64,000 nucleotides of DNA from Capsulimonadaceae bacterium (GTDB lineage: Bacteria; Armatimonadota; Armatimonadia; Armatimonadales; Capsulimonadaceae), in contig OZ244065.1 in assembly GCA_965215505.1 (NCBI GenBank), positions 4,160,001 to 4,224,000 of the forward strand, read 5' to 3'. Below are positions 9,238-18,526 of the stretch, piece by piece. The notes beneath the pieces were generated by a model that saw nothing but the letters and a program-made list of their open reading frames with translations, was not told the DNA's origin and did not search any database. The first letter of the stretch is position 1. Each line of letters begins with the position of its first letter. Both the position numbers and the translations under genes were made by a program.

Positions 9238-10968
9238 TCAGGGCGCGAACTCCACGTCTTCAACGGCGACGCCGGGGGCCGGCTGCCCGTCCCGGACGGC
9301 GGGGGCGTACCGCCAGCGCCCGACCGCATCGAGCGCCGCGTCGTCCAGCGCGCGGCTGCCCGACGAGTGCAGGATGTCGGCCTCGGTCACCTCGCCGCGC
9401 TCGTCCACGCTCAGGCGGACGCGGACCGTCGTGTCGGTCCGGTCCAGGTCGTCCACGGGGAGCGGCATGGGGCGCGAAAGCGGCTTGGGCGGCGCGTCCA
9501 TGGGAGCTTGGGCTGCCGGGGAGTCCGTCTCGTCCGGTCCCCGCCCCTGCTCGTCCGGCTCCCGTTCCTCCCGGCCGGCGGCGACACGGATGACCGGCCG
9601 CGCCGGAGGGACCGGTGCGGGCGCAGTCAGGCGCGCGGCCTGGATCTGCGGGGACCGTGAGGCGCGCGTGAGCAGGGCGGAACGGAGCGGATGAGGAAAC
9701 GCGCTCGTGCCCGGCCTCCCCTCCACGATCCGCACGAACAGGCCATCGCCTTCTTTGCGGCGGAGCGCAGAGGCAGACGCCGCAGCCCGGACGGGGGCGT
9801 GTGCCTGCCGCTTCGCACCCCGGACGACCCCGCCCGCATCAACGCGCCGGACAGGGTGGGAAGGCAGGGGCGACCTCTCCGCCTGACGGGCGGCAGCCGT
9901 CCGAGGCGATGCCTGCGGCGCGCGTCCGATGAGAAAGGGGAGGGCCGCGAGCGAGGCGAGCGCCAGCCCGCCGAGGCCGACCGCGCCCAGCCGAGACAGG
10001 CGGCGGCGCGGACGGAAGGCCGCCACGCCGAGCGACGCCCGCGCCAGGCGCTGGGTTGCGATGCTCGGGGCGGGCACCGCGAACGACGTCAGCTTCCGCA
10101 GGGCCTGGGCGAACGCCCCGGCGTCCGGGTAGCGCGCGCCGGGGTTCTTTGCTAATGCCTTCGTCAGAACGCGCCGCAGCCGCCGGTCGGCGACGGCGCG
10201 CAGGTCCGGGTCCTGATGGAGAATCTTCTGCATCAGGGCGGGGAGCGTCTCCGCCTCGAACGGCTTCACGCCGGTCACCATCTCGGCCAGCGTGACGGCC
10301 AGGGCGAAGACGTCGGTCCGCGCGTCCGGCGGCAGGCCGTGGATCTGCTCCGGGGACAGATAGGCCGGCGACCCGATGATCATGCCGTCCTGGGTCAAGG
10401 CCCGGTCCGATGCCATATGGGCGACCCCGAAGTCCATCAGCTTCGGCGTCGCCTCCTCCACGCCGTCGCCCGCCAGAAAGATGTTGTCCGGCTTGACGTC
10501 CCGGTGGACGATGCCCCGGCCATGCGCGTAGTGCAGCGCCTCGGCCACCCGCACCCCGATGGCGACCGCGACCGGGGTGGAAAGGACGGCTTCCCGGCGC
10601 AGCCGGCGGCGCAACGTCTCGCCCGGAAGGTGTTCCATGGCGATGAACTGCCGGCCGTCTTCCCCCAGGCCGACATCGTAGATGGCGACGATGTTCGGGT
10701 GCGAGAGGGTGGAAACCGCCTGCGCTTCCCGGCGGAACCGCTCTTCCAGATCGCGCCTACGCCCCTCGTCCGGGGTCTGCGGGAGGAAGACCTTCAGCGC
10801 GACCTCGCGGTGGCGGCGGCCGTCGTAGGCGGCGTAGACGACGGAGGAACAGCCCCGTCCGAGTTCCCGTCCCAGCCGGTAGTGGCCGAAATTGGGGATG
10901 CCGCTGCCCCCCCCGGCGGCGACAATGTTCTCCGCATCCTGCCCTGCGCTTTTTTCCTGAAGGTACAT
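9238..10968 (-). CDS. Hanks-type Ser/Thr kinase - TM - TonB C-terminal domain fusion
   Basis: LGRG, VALK, HRDVKPDN, DFG, SPE; TM segment; C-terminus VRVRLSVDERGEVTEADILHSSGSRALDDAALDAVGRWRYAPA. Confidence 0.88.
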   Translation of the reverse strand: MYLQEKSAGQDAENIVAAGGGSGIPNFGHYRLGRELGRGCSSVVYAAYDGRRHREVALKVFLPQTPDEGRRRDLEERFRREAQAVSTLSHPNIVAIYDVGLGEDGRQFIAMEHLPGETLRRRLRREAVLSTPVAVAIGVRVAEALHYAHGRGIVHRDVKPDNIFLAGDGVEEATPKLMDFGVAHMASDRALTQDGMIIGSPAYLSPEQIHGLPPDARTDVFALAVTLAEMVTGVKPFEAETLPALMQKILHQDPDLRAVADRRLRRVLTKALAKNPGARYPDAGAFAQALRKLTSFAVPAPSIATQRLARASLGVAAFRPRRRLSRLGAVGLGGLALASLAALPFLIGRAPQASPRTAAARQAERSPLPSHPVRRVDAGGVVRGAKRQAHAPVRAAASASALRRKEGDGLFVRIVEGRPGTSAFPHPLRSALLTRASRSPQIQAARLTAPAPVPPARPVIRVAAGREEREPDEQGRGPDETDSPAAQAPMDAPPKPLSRPMPLPVDDLDRTDTTVRVRLSVDERGEVTEADILHSSGSRALDDAALDAVGRWRYAPAVRDGQPAPGVAVEDVEFAP

Positions 10969-11042
10969 CTCTGCGTCTTTCTCCCGGAACGGCGTCCGTC
11001 CCGTTCTTGGAGACGACTGAAATCCCCCGCCGGTTCCCGGCC

Positions 11043-12035
11043 TCAGCGGAACGCCAGGACCAGCAGCGCCAGCAATGCCAAAACAGCCAGCGCGATCAGG
11101 ACGCGGCGCAAGGGGAACGAGCGGTCCCTCGGCGTCACGCGGGCGGGCGGGGCGGCTGGCATGTCAGGGGGCGGGCCAGGCGAGTCACCGAGGGCCGCGC
11201 GGAAATGTTCTGCCAGTGCGCCCGCGGAGGGATAGCGCCGGGCCGGGTCTTTCGCCAGGGCGCGGCCCAGGACCGCCTGGACAGCGGACGGCAAGGCCCT
11301 CAAAGGGGGCGGGTCCGCCGTCGTGATCTGTTCCAGGACCGCCGCGATCCGGCTGCCGCCGAACGGCGGGCGGCCCGCCAGCATCTCGTAGAGGACCACG
11401 CCCAGCGCCCAGACGTCGCCCGCCGGCCCGACCTCCTCGCCGTTGATCTGCTCCGGAGCCATGTAGGTGGGTGAGCCGACCATCATGTCCGCCTGCGTCA
11501 CGACCGTGTCGTCCTCCTGGCGGGCGAGGCCGAAGTCCATCAGCTTGACCGTCCCGTCCAGTTGGAGCATGAAACTGCCCGGCTTGATGTCCCGGTGGAT
11601 GACGCCCGCCGCGTGGACGGCGTCCAGGCCCGCCGCCGCCTGGCCCAGAACGTGCGCGGCCTCGTCCAGCGGGAGCGGCCCCTTTTGCAGCCGCTCCCGC
11701 AATGTCCGGCCCGTCAGGAACTCCATCACCAGGTAGGGCCGCCCCTCCTCGCGCCCGACCTCGTGGATCGTGACGAGATTCGGGTGCGCGAGCCGGGAAA
11801 CCACCCGCGCCTCCCGCTCCATCCGCGCCGCCCGCTCCCGCATCCCCATCGTCTCCGGCACGGCGAGGACCTTGATGGCGACCCTGCGCCCCACCTGCGC
11901 GTCCACGGCCTCCCAGACGGTGGACAGGGCGCTGCGGTCCATCTCGCGCAGGAGGCGGTAGTGAACGAACATCTCCGGCGCGTCCCGCCGGTCGGGAGCG
12001 TCCCGCCGTGCGCTGCTGGTTTGCTTGTCTTCCAT
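11043..12035 (-). CDS. Ser/Thr kinase-like protein with C-terminal TM anchor (possible pseudokinase)
   Basis: VAIK, HRDIKPGS, DFG, YMAPE present; Gly-rich loop absent. Confidence 0.85.
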   Translation of the reverse strand: MEDKQTSSARRDAPDRRDAPEMFVHYRLLREMDRSALSTVWEAVDAQVGRRVAIKVLAVPETMGMRERAARMEREARVVSRLAHPNLVTIHEVGREEGRPYLVMEFLTGRTLRERLQKGPLPLDEAAHVLGQAAAGLDAVHAAGVIHRDIKPGSFMLQLDGTVKLMDFGLARQEDDTVVTQADMMVGSPTYMAPEQINGEEVGPAGDVWALGVVLYEMLAGRPPFGGSRIAAVLEQITTADPPPLRALPSAVQAVLGRALAKDPARRYPSAGALAEHFRAALGDSPGPPPDMPAAPPARVTPRDRSFPLRRVLIALAVLALLALLVLAFR

Positions 12036-12129
12036 GGCATCACCATACCCAGGAACGGCCCGCCAAACCCGCGAATCTCAGCCCCCTGCGGCTGGCCCGC
12101 CGCTCCCGTATCCGTCTCGGCAGCATTTT

Positions 12130-12138
12130 TGGTATAAT
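12130..12138 (+). promoter_or_regulatory. Extended -10 promoter of the J-domain gene
   Basis: TGGTATAAT (TGn-TATAAT) about 50 bp upstream of the ATG; GGAGG RBS. Confidence 0.55.
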
Positions 12139-12188
12139 GCCGTTGCCGGAAGACACCCGGCCGGATTTGGAGGAAACGGTTAGGTCCC

Positions 12189-12902
12189 ATGGCGAAGCTG
12201 AATGCCAAACACTGCTACGAAGTCTTGGGCCTCAAGCCGGGGGCGACACTCGCCCAGGTCCGGGAAAGGCGTGGCAGACTAGCCCAGCAGTGGCACCCCG
12301 ACAAGGAGACCGACCCCGAGCGCAAGGCAGACCTGGAAGACAGGATGAAGGACATCAACAATGCCTTCGACTTCTTGAAGGCCTTCCTCTCCGGTACGCC
12401 CGTCGGGCCGTCACCGATGCACGGAACCCAGGCCGACACTCCCCCGCCGGCACCGCCAGCGAAGAAACCGTGGGAAGCGGAGGCGGAAGAGCGGCGGAAG
12501 AGGACGGCCGAGCGGGAGGCGAACGAGCGCCGGGAACAGGAGGCACAGCAGCGGAAATGGAAAGCGGACTTCGCGCGGGTGCAGGCGGAGGCCGCCCGCC
12601 TGCGTGAACAGCAGCGAGCGGAAGCCGACCGCCTGCGCGCGTGGCTCGCCCAGGAGAAAGAGCGCCAGGAACAAGGAGCGGCCCCGCGCGACCGGAGACA
12701 CGGCCCTTCACGGATGCGGCAGGAGGCGGAAGCCACCCCCCCGATACGGCAGGAACCGGAGTTCCTCTCCCGCCCGCGTGAGCCGAGGCCCCCCGCGCGA
12801 AAAGAAGAGGGGAAGCGCAGGCACATCTATCTCAGCGGGAAATGCACGAAATGCGGCAGGAGCAAGGAGCAGATCGTCGGCTATGACCTTGACTGCCTCT
12901 GA
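12189..12902 (+). CDS. J-domain (DnaJ class C) protein
   Basis: YEVLGL...WHPDK...MKDINNAFDFL; charged coiled coil; C-terminal HIYLSGKCTKCG. Confidence 0.85.
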   Translation: MAKLNAKHCYEVLGLKPGATLAQVRERRGRLAQQWHPDKETDPERKADLEDRMKDINNAFDFLKAFLSGTPVGPSPMHGTQADTPPPAPPAKKPWEAEAEERRKRTAEREANERREQEAQQRKWKADFARVQAEAARLREQQRAEADRLRAWLAQEKERQEQGAAPRDRRHGPSRMRQEAEATPPIRQEPEFLSRPREPRPPARKEEGKRRHIYLSGKCTKCGRSKEQIVGYDLDCL

Positions 12903-12925
12903 GCGCCACAGAATTCCGACACCGT

Positions 12926-13150
12926 TCAGCGGGGTCCGAAGAACCGCCTGCCCCACATCCAGACCCTCAGGCGCCACCGTCCCCCTCCCAGCCGCCCGCT
13001 TAACACCCCGAACAGGATGACGCCTAAGAAGCCGACGAGAAAGCCTTGAAGAGCGTCCCCGTGTGTCCCGTGCGCCCAATGGAACGTGAGCGCCATGATC
13101 CCCAGCCCCGCGACGACCAGTATCAAGCCCCACTGCACCCTCTGACTCAT
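12926..13150 (-). CDS. Small hypothetical membrane protein
   Basis: Two hydrophobic segments; GGAGG RBS. Confidence 0.4.
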   Translation of the reverse strand: MSQRVQWGLILVVAGLGIMALTFHWAHGTHGDALQGFLVGFLGVILFGVLSGRLGGGRWRLRVWMWGRRFFGPR

Positions 13151-13255
13151 CCCACGATCCTCCCCCAGCCCTCCGCAGTTCTCAACATATCCTGAGACAC
13201 GGCCCGCGCCGAATAGTTGCACCCCGCGCGGACGGCCTCGGTTCATCATGCCGGC

Positions 13256-13705
13256 CTACCGAGCCGGTTTGTCGAGTGAGTCCATCGAGATTGCGGTCGA
13301 GGTGCCGCGCTTGCTGAACGAAACGTCCACCTTGTTGCTGAACCGGCTGCCGCGCGAAGCGTGATACTCTAGCGTCTCGATCCGCCCCGACGGGAGATAC
13401 TTCGCGGTGTAAACGGTCGGCTGGAATCCTCGCGCTTTGAAGTAGGCGACGAACGCCTGAACCTGGGCGCGGCCCGAGAGCCGGTTGAGGCGAGGGATTT
13501 TGTTCATCGTGGCGCGGAACCGGGCGGCCTGCTGCGGGGTCATCGTGGTGCTTTGGCTCACCAGGGGCCGCACTACGGCGGCGGGACGTCCATGAGGGGA
13601 GGGGACTGAGGCGAGGCCGGCCCCCGCGACCAGTAGGGACGCGCAGGCGATGGCTGCCGCACGGAAGGCCTCACACTGCGTGGGCTGGTGAAGGTATCGA
13701 TTCAT
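13256..13705 (-). CDS. Hypothetical secreted protein
   Basis: AGGAG RBS; hydrophobic N-region; no recognisable motif. Confidence 0.5.
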   Translation of the reverse strand: MNRYLHQPTQCEAFRAAAIACASLLVAGAGLASVPSPHGRPAAVVRPLVSQSTTMTPQQAARFRATMNKIPRLNRLSGRAQVQAFVAYFKARGFQPTVYTAKYLPSGRIETLEYHASRGSRFSNKVDVSFSKRGTSTAISMDSLDKPAR

Positions 13706-13823
13706 GGGGTGATCTCCTGTTGATAAGAAGGTATGCCGGCGTAATACCCCGTTACACTGCACAAATCCTGCTAAGTATAATCGTGGGGCCATGATTCTTG
13801 GACCAGGCGGCTGCCTTGTGAGC

Positions 13824-13862
13824 AAAGAAGAAGGGGCCGCAGGCACCATTGCCTGCGGCCCC
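13824..13862 (-). terminator. Rho-independent terminator
   Basis: Perfect 13-bp stem GGGGCCGCAGGCA/TGCCTGCGGCCCC followed by TTCTTCTTT on the minus strand. Confidence 0.75.
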
Positions 13863-13927
13863 GTCTGCGTTTCCGGTCTAAAGGTGTCAGGCTCAGAGGC
13901 CCAGATGCGCCAGCGCATAAACTCCAT

Positions 13928-15246
13928 AGATAGTGTCAAGTTGTTTCTGTAAAAGCTGGGAGCATCCTTGCTGGGCTATGGGATCGTGGTCGCCTGTTCT
14001 GTGAAGGTCAGGTAGGCTTTGCCTGCCTGCCAGTCGTCGCTGATCTCCATCAGCACGGCGCTCACCAGCCGCAGGCACGACGCCTCGTTCGGGAAGAGGC
14101 TCGCCACCCGTGTCCGACGTTTCACCTCACGGTTAAGGCGCTCCACGCCGTTGGTGGTCCGCAGCAGGCGGCGGTGCGGCTCAGGAAACGCGAACACCGT
14201 CAAGCCTTCGGGCAGGTTCTCTTCCAGCCAGGCCGCAAGCCTGGGAGCCGTCTGCTCGTACTTCTGCACCGCCCGCTTCAGCAGCGCGTCGGCTTCGGCT
14301 CTGTCCTGGGCGTTGAAGACGGCGCGGATGTCTGCGGCGACCTGTGCTTTGATGTCCTGACGTGGCACATAGGCCGAGGCGTTCTGCTGGAGGTGGAACT
14401 GGCAGCGCTGCCACGGCACGCCGCCCAGCACCGCCAAGCGCGCCGCCTTCAGCCCCTCGTGGGCGTCGCTGACGACCAGACACACGCCGCACAGCCCGCG
14501 CGAGACCAGGCTTTGCAGGAACGCGCGCCAGTGAACCTCTCGTTCGGACAGCGCCACCGAGAGGCCCAAGACAGAGCGCTTGCCCTGCGCGTCCACACCA
14601 ACGGCGATCAGCACGGCGGCGTCCTGCACCAGCCCGCCCTGGCGCACCTTCTCGTAGCGGGCGTCCAGCAGCAGGTAAGGGCACGCGGCCAGAGGGCGCT
14701 GACGCCACGCCTCCAGAGTGGCGTCGAGTTCCTTTGCCGCCTGGCTGACCTGGCCGCTGCTGACCGAAAAGCCGCAGAGCTGTTCGGTGATGGCCGCGAC
14801 CTTGCGGGTGGAGACGCCTTGGACGTACATCTCGGCCAGCGCCAGCTTCAAGGCACGCTCGGAGCGGGCGCCTTTCTCCAGGCTCTGCGGGTAGAACCCG
14901 CCCTCCCGCACCTGGGGGACGGCGACGGTGATCTGCCCCAGGCGCGTTGCCAGCGTCTTGTCTTTGTAGCCGTTGGCGTGGCCCGTGCGCCCTTCGGTGC
15001 GCTCGTGCAGAGCCGCGCCCAGGTGGTTCTGGCGCTCGATCTGCATGGCAGCATTGAGCAGGACGCGGAACAGATCGGGCAGGGCGTCCAGCCCTTGCGT
15101 CGTAAGCTGCTCCAAAAGCGGCGCAGACAGAGTAGAATCGTCGTGGTAGGTCATGGGTAGTTCCCTTGTTGTGTGGTAACTCCAAGGATACTCCCTGACC
15201 TACTATTTCAGGCCGTCACTTTTACAGAAATCATTTTACACTAACC
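13928..15246 (-). mobile_element. IS256-family insertion sequence
   Basis: Imperfect 28-bp terminal inverted repeats AGATAGTGTCAAGTTGTTTCTGTAAAAG and GGTTAGTGTAAAATGATTTCTGTAAAAG (22/28 identical); no target-site duplication seen. Confidence 0.9.
13976..15154 (-). CDS. IS256-family (Mutator) DDE transposase
   Basis: EMYVQGVSTRKV, LLDARYEKVR, SDAHEGL, WQRCQFH, RTTNGVERLNREVKRR. Confidence 0.97.
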   Translation of the reverse strand: MTYHDDSTLSAPLLEQLTTQGLDALPDLFRVLLNAAMQIERQNHLGAALHERTEGRTGHANGYKDKTLATRLGQITVAVPQVREGGFYPQSLEKGARSERALKLALAEMYVQGVSTRKVAAITEQLCGFSVSSGQVSQAAKELDATLEAWRQRPLAACPYLLLDARYEKVRQGGLVQDAAVLIAVGVDAQGKRSVLGLSVALSEREVHWRAFLQSLVSRGLCGVCLVVSDAHEGLKAARLAVLGGVPWQRCQFHLQQNASAYVPRQDIKAQVAADIRAVFNAQDRAEADALLKRAVQKYEQTAPRLAAWLEENLPEGLTVFAFPEPHRRLLRTTNGVERLNREVKRRTRVASLFPNEASCLRLVSAVLMEISDDWQAGKAYLTFTEQATTIP

Positions 15247-15705
15247 TCGGTCCTGTTAACTAAGCACTAGGAAGAGGTACTGGAAAAGGTGAATTGGGGC
15301 CTGGCAACATTATAAGCGCAGTGTTCCGGCAGATAATGTAGCGAAACATGAGCAATCACAAGTCGTGTCGGTCCGGAAGTCAACACATCAGGGTGTTTAT
15401 ACGCCCAGTCTTTGACGAACCTCGGTTGACGGAGTTTTGGGACTTTGTTATTGGCACTGATTTCAGTCGAAACAGGGTCTCTTCGGTAAGAGTAATTGTT
15501 GCCGTTTCTGTCGCCGTCACCTACACTGGTCGGAAGCCGCCGAAAAGGGGCGTTTTTGGTGCCTGCAACATTCTTCCCACTGGGACGATGTACCAACTGC
15601 TGCCTGCAGTGGATCGTGATTGTTCCGGGCAGCAGAAGAGCAGGATTGTCCCAGAAGTGCGAAATTGGCCCACGCCATGAAAATTGTGCCATAATGGAAC
15701 TCACC

Positions 15706-16881
15706 ATGGCAACAGCGTCACGCACTTCGGCGTCCACAAAACGGGCGAACAACACGGTTGCCAATCTGCTGCGGGACCGAATCCGGTCCGGGCACTACCA
15801 GGCCGGCGACTGGCTTCCGACCGAGCGCATTCTGGCCCAAGACCTGCACGTCGACCGGCGCGTGGTACGGGCGGCGATCAACGATCTCGTGAGCGACGGG
15901 CTGGTCAACCGCCGTCCGCACTGCCGCCCGATCGTCGGGCCACTGCCGCGTGCGTCCGCCGCACTGGGCGCGGAGCAGAAGGCACCGGTCTCCGAGTCCT
16001 CAGGCTTCGTGGCGCTCATCATGTGGCCTGGCGGCGGCGCGCTGGAACGCTTCCGGACGTCACAGGAGCGGATCTTCTGGGGCATGAACCAGGCGCTTGC
16101 GGAGGCTGGCTACCATGCGGTCTTCCTAAGCCTGGGGCAGATCGGCAGCGAGGAAGAGAATGCGGCGGGCGAGGCCGCGCACCTGCGCTACGCCCTGGAG
16201 CGCGGCTTCGGAGGCATCATCCTTTACCCCTATGCCTACCGGAGCAACCGGGCCCTCGTGGAGGAGGTGGGCCGCAAGATCCCGCTCGTCACGATCGACC
16301 GGCGGATCACGTCGCTGGAGACGGACTTCGTCGGCATCGACAACCGCCAGGCGACGTTCGACACGACCATGCACCTGGTCGCGCAGGGGCACCGCCGCAT
16401 CGCCTACGTCACGAAGAGCGAGCAGATCCGTCCCGTCCAGGACCGCGTGCAGGGCTATGTGGACGCCGTCCGGGAGGCCGGCCTCCCCGAGATCGTCCTG
16501 ACGATCCCGTCCCGGCACCGCTCTGGCGTCGGGACGGTCACGGATGCGGTTTTCCGCCTGCCGGCCGGAGAGCGCCCGACGGCCGCTGCCGTCTTCAACG
16601 ACTACTCCGCCGTCGGTCTGATGTACCACCTCGAAAAGCTTGGCCTCTCAGTGCCCGGGGACGTGGCGCTCGCGGGCCTGGACGACATTATCCCGGTCCT
16701 GCCTAACGGCGTCGGACTGACTACGATTGCACAGCCTTACGAAGAGATCGGCAAGACGGCCGTGGACCTCCTCCTGCGCCGCATGAAAGATCCGTCCGCC
16801 CCCGTGGCCGTGATCGAATTGCCCGCTGGCCTCGTGGTGCGTGAGAGCAGCAGGGCCCCGTCGCCTGATCCTCAATCCTGA
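15706..16881 (+). CDS. GntR-HTH / LacI-type sugar-binding transcriptional regulator (AraR-like architecture)
   Basis: GDWLPTERILA...VRAAINDLVSDGLV; GHRRIAY, FNDYSA, SVPGDVALAGLDD, LTTIAQP. Alternative start at 15694. Confidence 0.9.
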   Translation: MATASRTSASTKRANNTVANLLRDRIRSGHYQAGDWLPTERILAQDLHVDRRVVRAAINDLVSDGLVNRRPHCRPIVGPLPRASAALGAEQKAPVSESSGFVALIMWPGGGALERFRTSQERIFWGMNQALAEAGYHAVFLSLGQIGSEEENAAGEAAHLRYALERGFGGIILYPYAYRSNRALVEEVGRKIPLVTIDRRITSLETDFVGIDNRQATFDTTMHLVAQGHRRIAYVTKSEQIRPVQDRVQGYVDAVREAGLPEIVLTIPSRHRSGVGTVTDAVFRLPAGERPTAAAVFNDYSAVGLMYHLEKLGLSVPGDVALAGLDDIIPVLPNGVGLTTIAQPYEEIGKTAVDLLLRRMKDPSAPVAVIELPAGLVVRESSRAPSPDPQS

Positions 16882-17102
16882 ACCTTTCCCTGGCATTCGT
16901 CCTCCCGATCGGCTGCTCCGGGCCGCCTCGGCATTCCTCCAAAATAATCCCATTCAGTCTCTGGACCGAGAAAAAGAGAATTCTGTGTCGTCCGATGCTC
17001 CATAGATGTTCCAGATATTTCTCGCCTATTTTGGCACTATTTTGGATAGTGATATGGTAACATCAGTACCGAAAGGTGGGAGTTCGCCGAGAGGAGGGCG
17101 GG

Positions 17103-18456
17103 ATGTCGAGCGGGATTACTGAGGTTCGGGTTCAAACGCCTTAGGATACTGGATGTCGGTCGCCCGGCGGGCGCGGAGGCTCACCCAGGACGCCCTGGCC
17201 GACGCGGCGGATCTGGACCCGACGTACATCCGTAAGATCGAGATGGGGAAGAAGACGCCGTCATGGAAGGCGCTGACGCGGCTAGCGGCAGCCCTGGCCC
17301 CCGAAAATGCCGACGCGGAGACGGTTCGCGCCATCCTGAATGCCGGCCTCTGTGTCGGCCGCATCTTCGGCCGCGGTCTGGGTCGGGATGAAAACGGTGC
17401 CGCCGGACGCGGCAACAAGAGCATTTCGCTGAAAGCGTGCGGCAACGTCACCCTGCGGGACTACACGATCCAGCATGGCGGCTGGTTTGGGATCCTGGCG
17501 ACGGGCGTGGACAATCTGACGATCAATGATCTCAAGATCGACACCAACCGCGACGGCATGGGCATCGCCTGCTGCCGCAACGTCCATGTCTCCGACTGCA
17601 CCGTCAACTCGCCTTCCGACGACGGCATCTGCCCCAAAAGCTCCTACGGGCTGGGGTTCGCGCGGGCGACGGAGAACGTCACGATCACCAACTGCCAGGT
17701 CAGCGGCTACGATGAGGGCACGCTGCTGGACGGCACTCTCCAGCACACAATCCAGTCGCAGATCGGGCGAATCAAATTCGGCACCGAGTCGAACGGCGGC
17801 TTTGAGAACATCACCGTCTCGAGTTGCACCTTTGCTTACTGCCGAGGTCTGGCGCTCGAAGAAGTGGACGGCGGCAAGCTGGAAGATGTCGCGATCAGCA
17901 ACATCACGATGCCGAACGTCTTCAACTCGCCGATCTATGTGCGCCTGGGGAGCCGCCTGCGCGGACCGTCCGGGATTGTGGTCGGCGACGTCGCCCGCGT
18001 CAGCATAGCCACATGGTCATGTATGACGCCGATCCCCGCTCCTATGCGATCGTGAGCGGGGCCCCGAATTACCCGATCCGAAACGTCACGTTCAGCGACA
18101 TCGAGATGTGGTACCGGGGCGGAGGCACGGCCGCCGAGGCCGCGCGGGTGCCGCCGGAGCAGGCTAACGGCTATCCGGAGCCGGACATGCTGAGCGAGAT
18201 GCCGTCCTACGGCTTCTTTCTGCGGCACGTCTCCGGAATCACCATGCGCGGCATTCATCTGCACACGCTGACCGATGACCAGCGGCCCCCGTTCGCGCTC
18301 GACGATGTGGCCGGGGTCAACCTCTCCGGCATTGACGCGCAGCGTGCGGCAGTCGCGCCGACTTTCGCAATGACCGGCGTGACCGGGCTGACCGTCAGCC
18401 AGTCGGTCGGCGTACCCGACAAACAAGCGGCGTCTGTCCCGCATGGGACACTCTAA
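17103..18456 (+). pseudogene. Chimeric pseudogene: XRE HTH fused to an N-truncated, frameshifted GH28 (polygalacturonase-like) gene
   Basis: LTQDALADAADLDPTYIRKIEMGKKTPS (XRE) runs into GNKSISLK...NRDGMGI...DDGICPKS...GRIKFGTESNGGF (GH28). Frameshifts near 17140 and 18008. Confidence 0.85.
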
Positions 18457-18480
18457 TCTGTCCCGCATGGGACACTCTAA
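18433..18480. repeat. Perfect 24-bp tandem duplication
   Basis: TCTGTCCCGCATGGGACACTCTAA x2; includes the GH28 stop codon. Confidence 0.95.
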
Positions 18481-18526
18481 CAGGATAGGGGCTGTGCAGT
18501 TGACACCGATTTCCGGAGAAACCTTC

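Noticed and set aside
15267-15680. ORFs to the right of IS256
   Set aside because: Atypical codon usage and no recognisable product; probably remnant or intergenic DNA.
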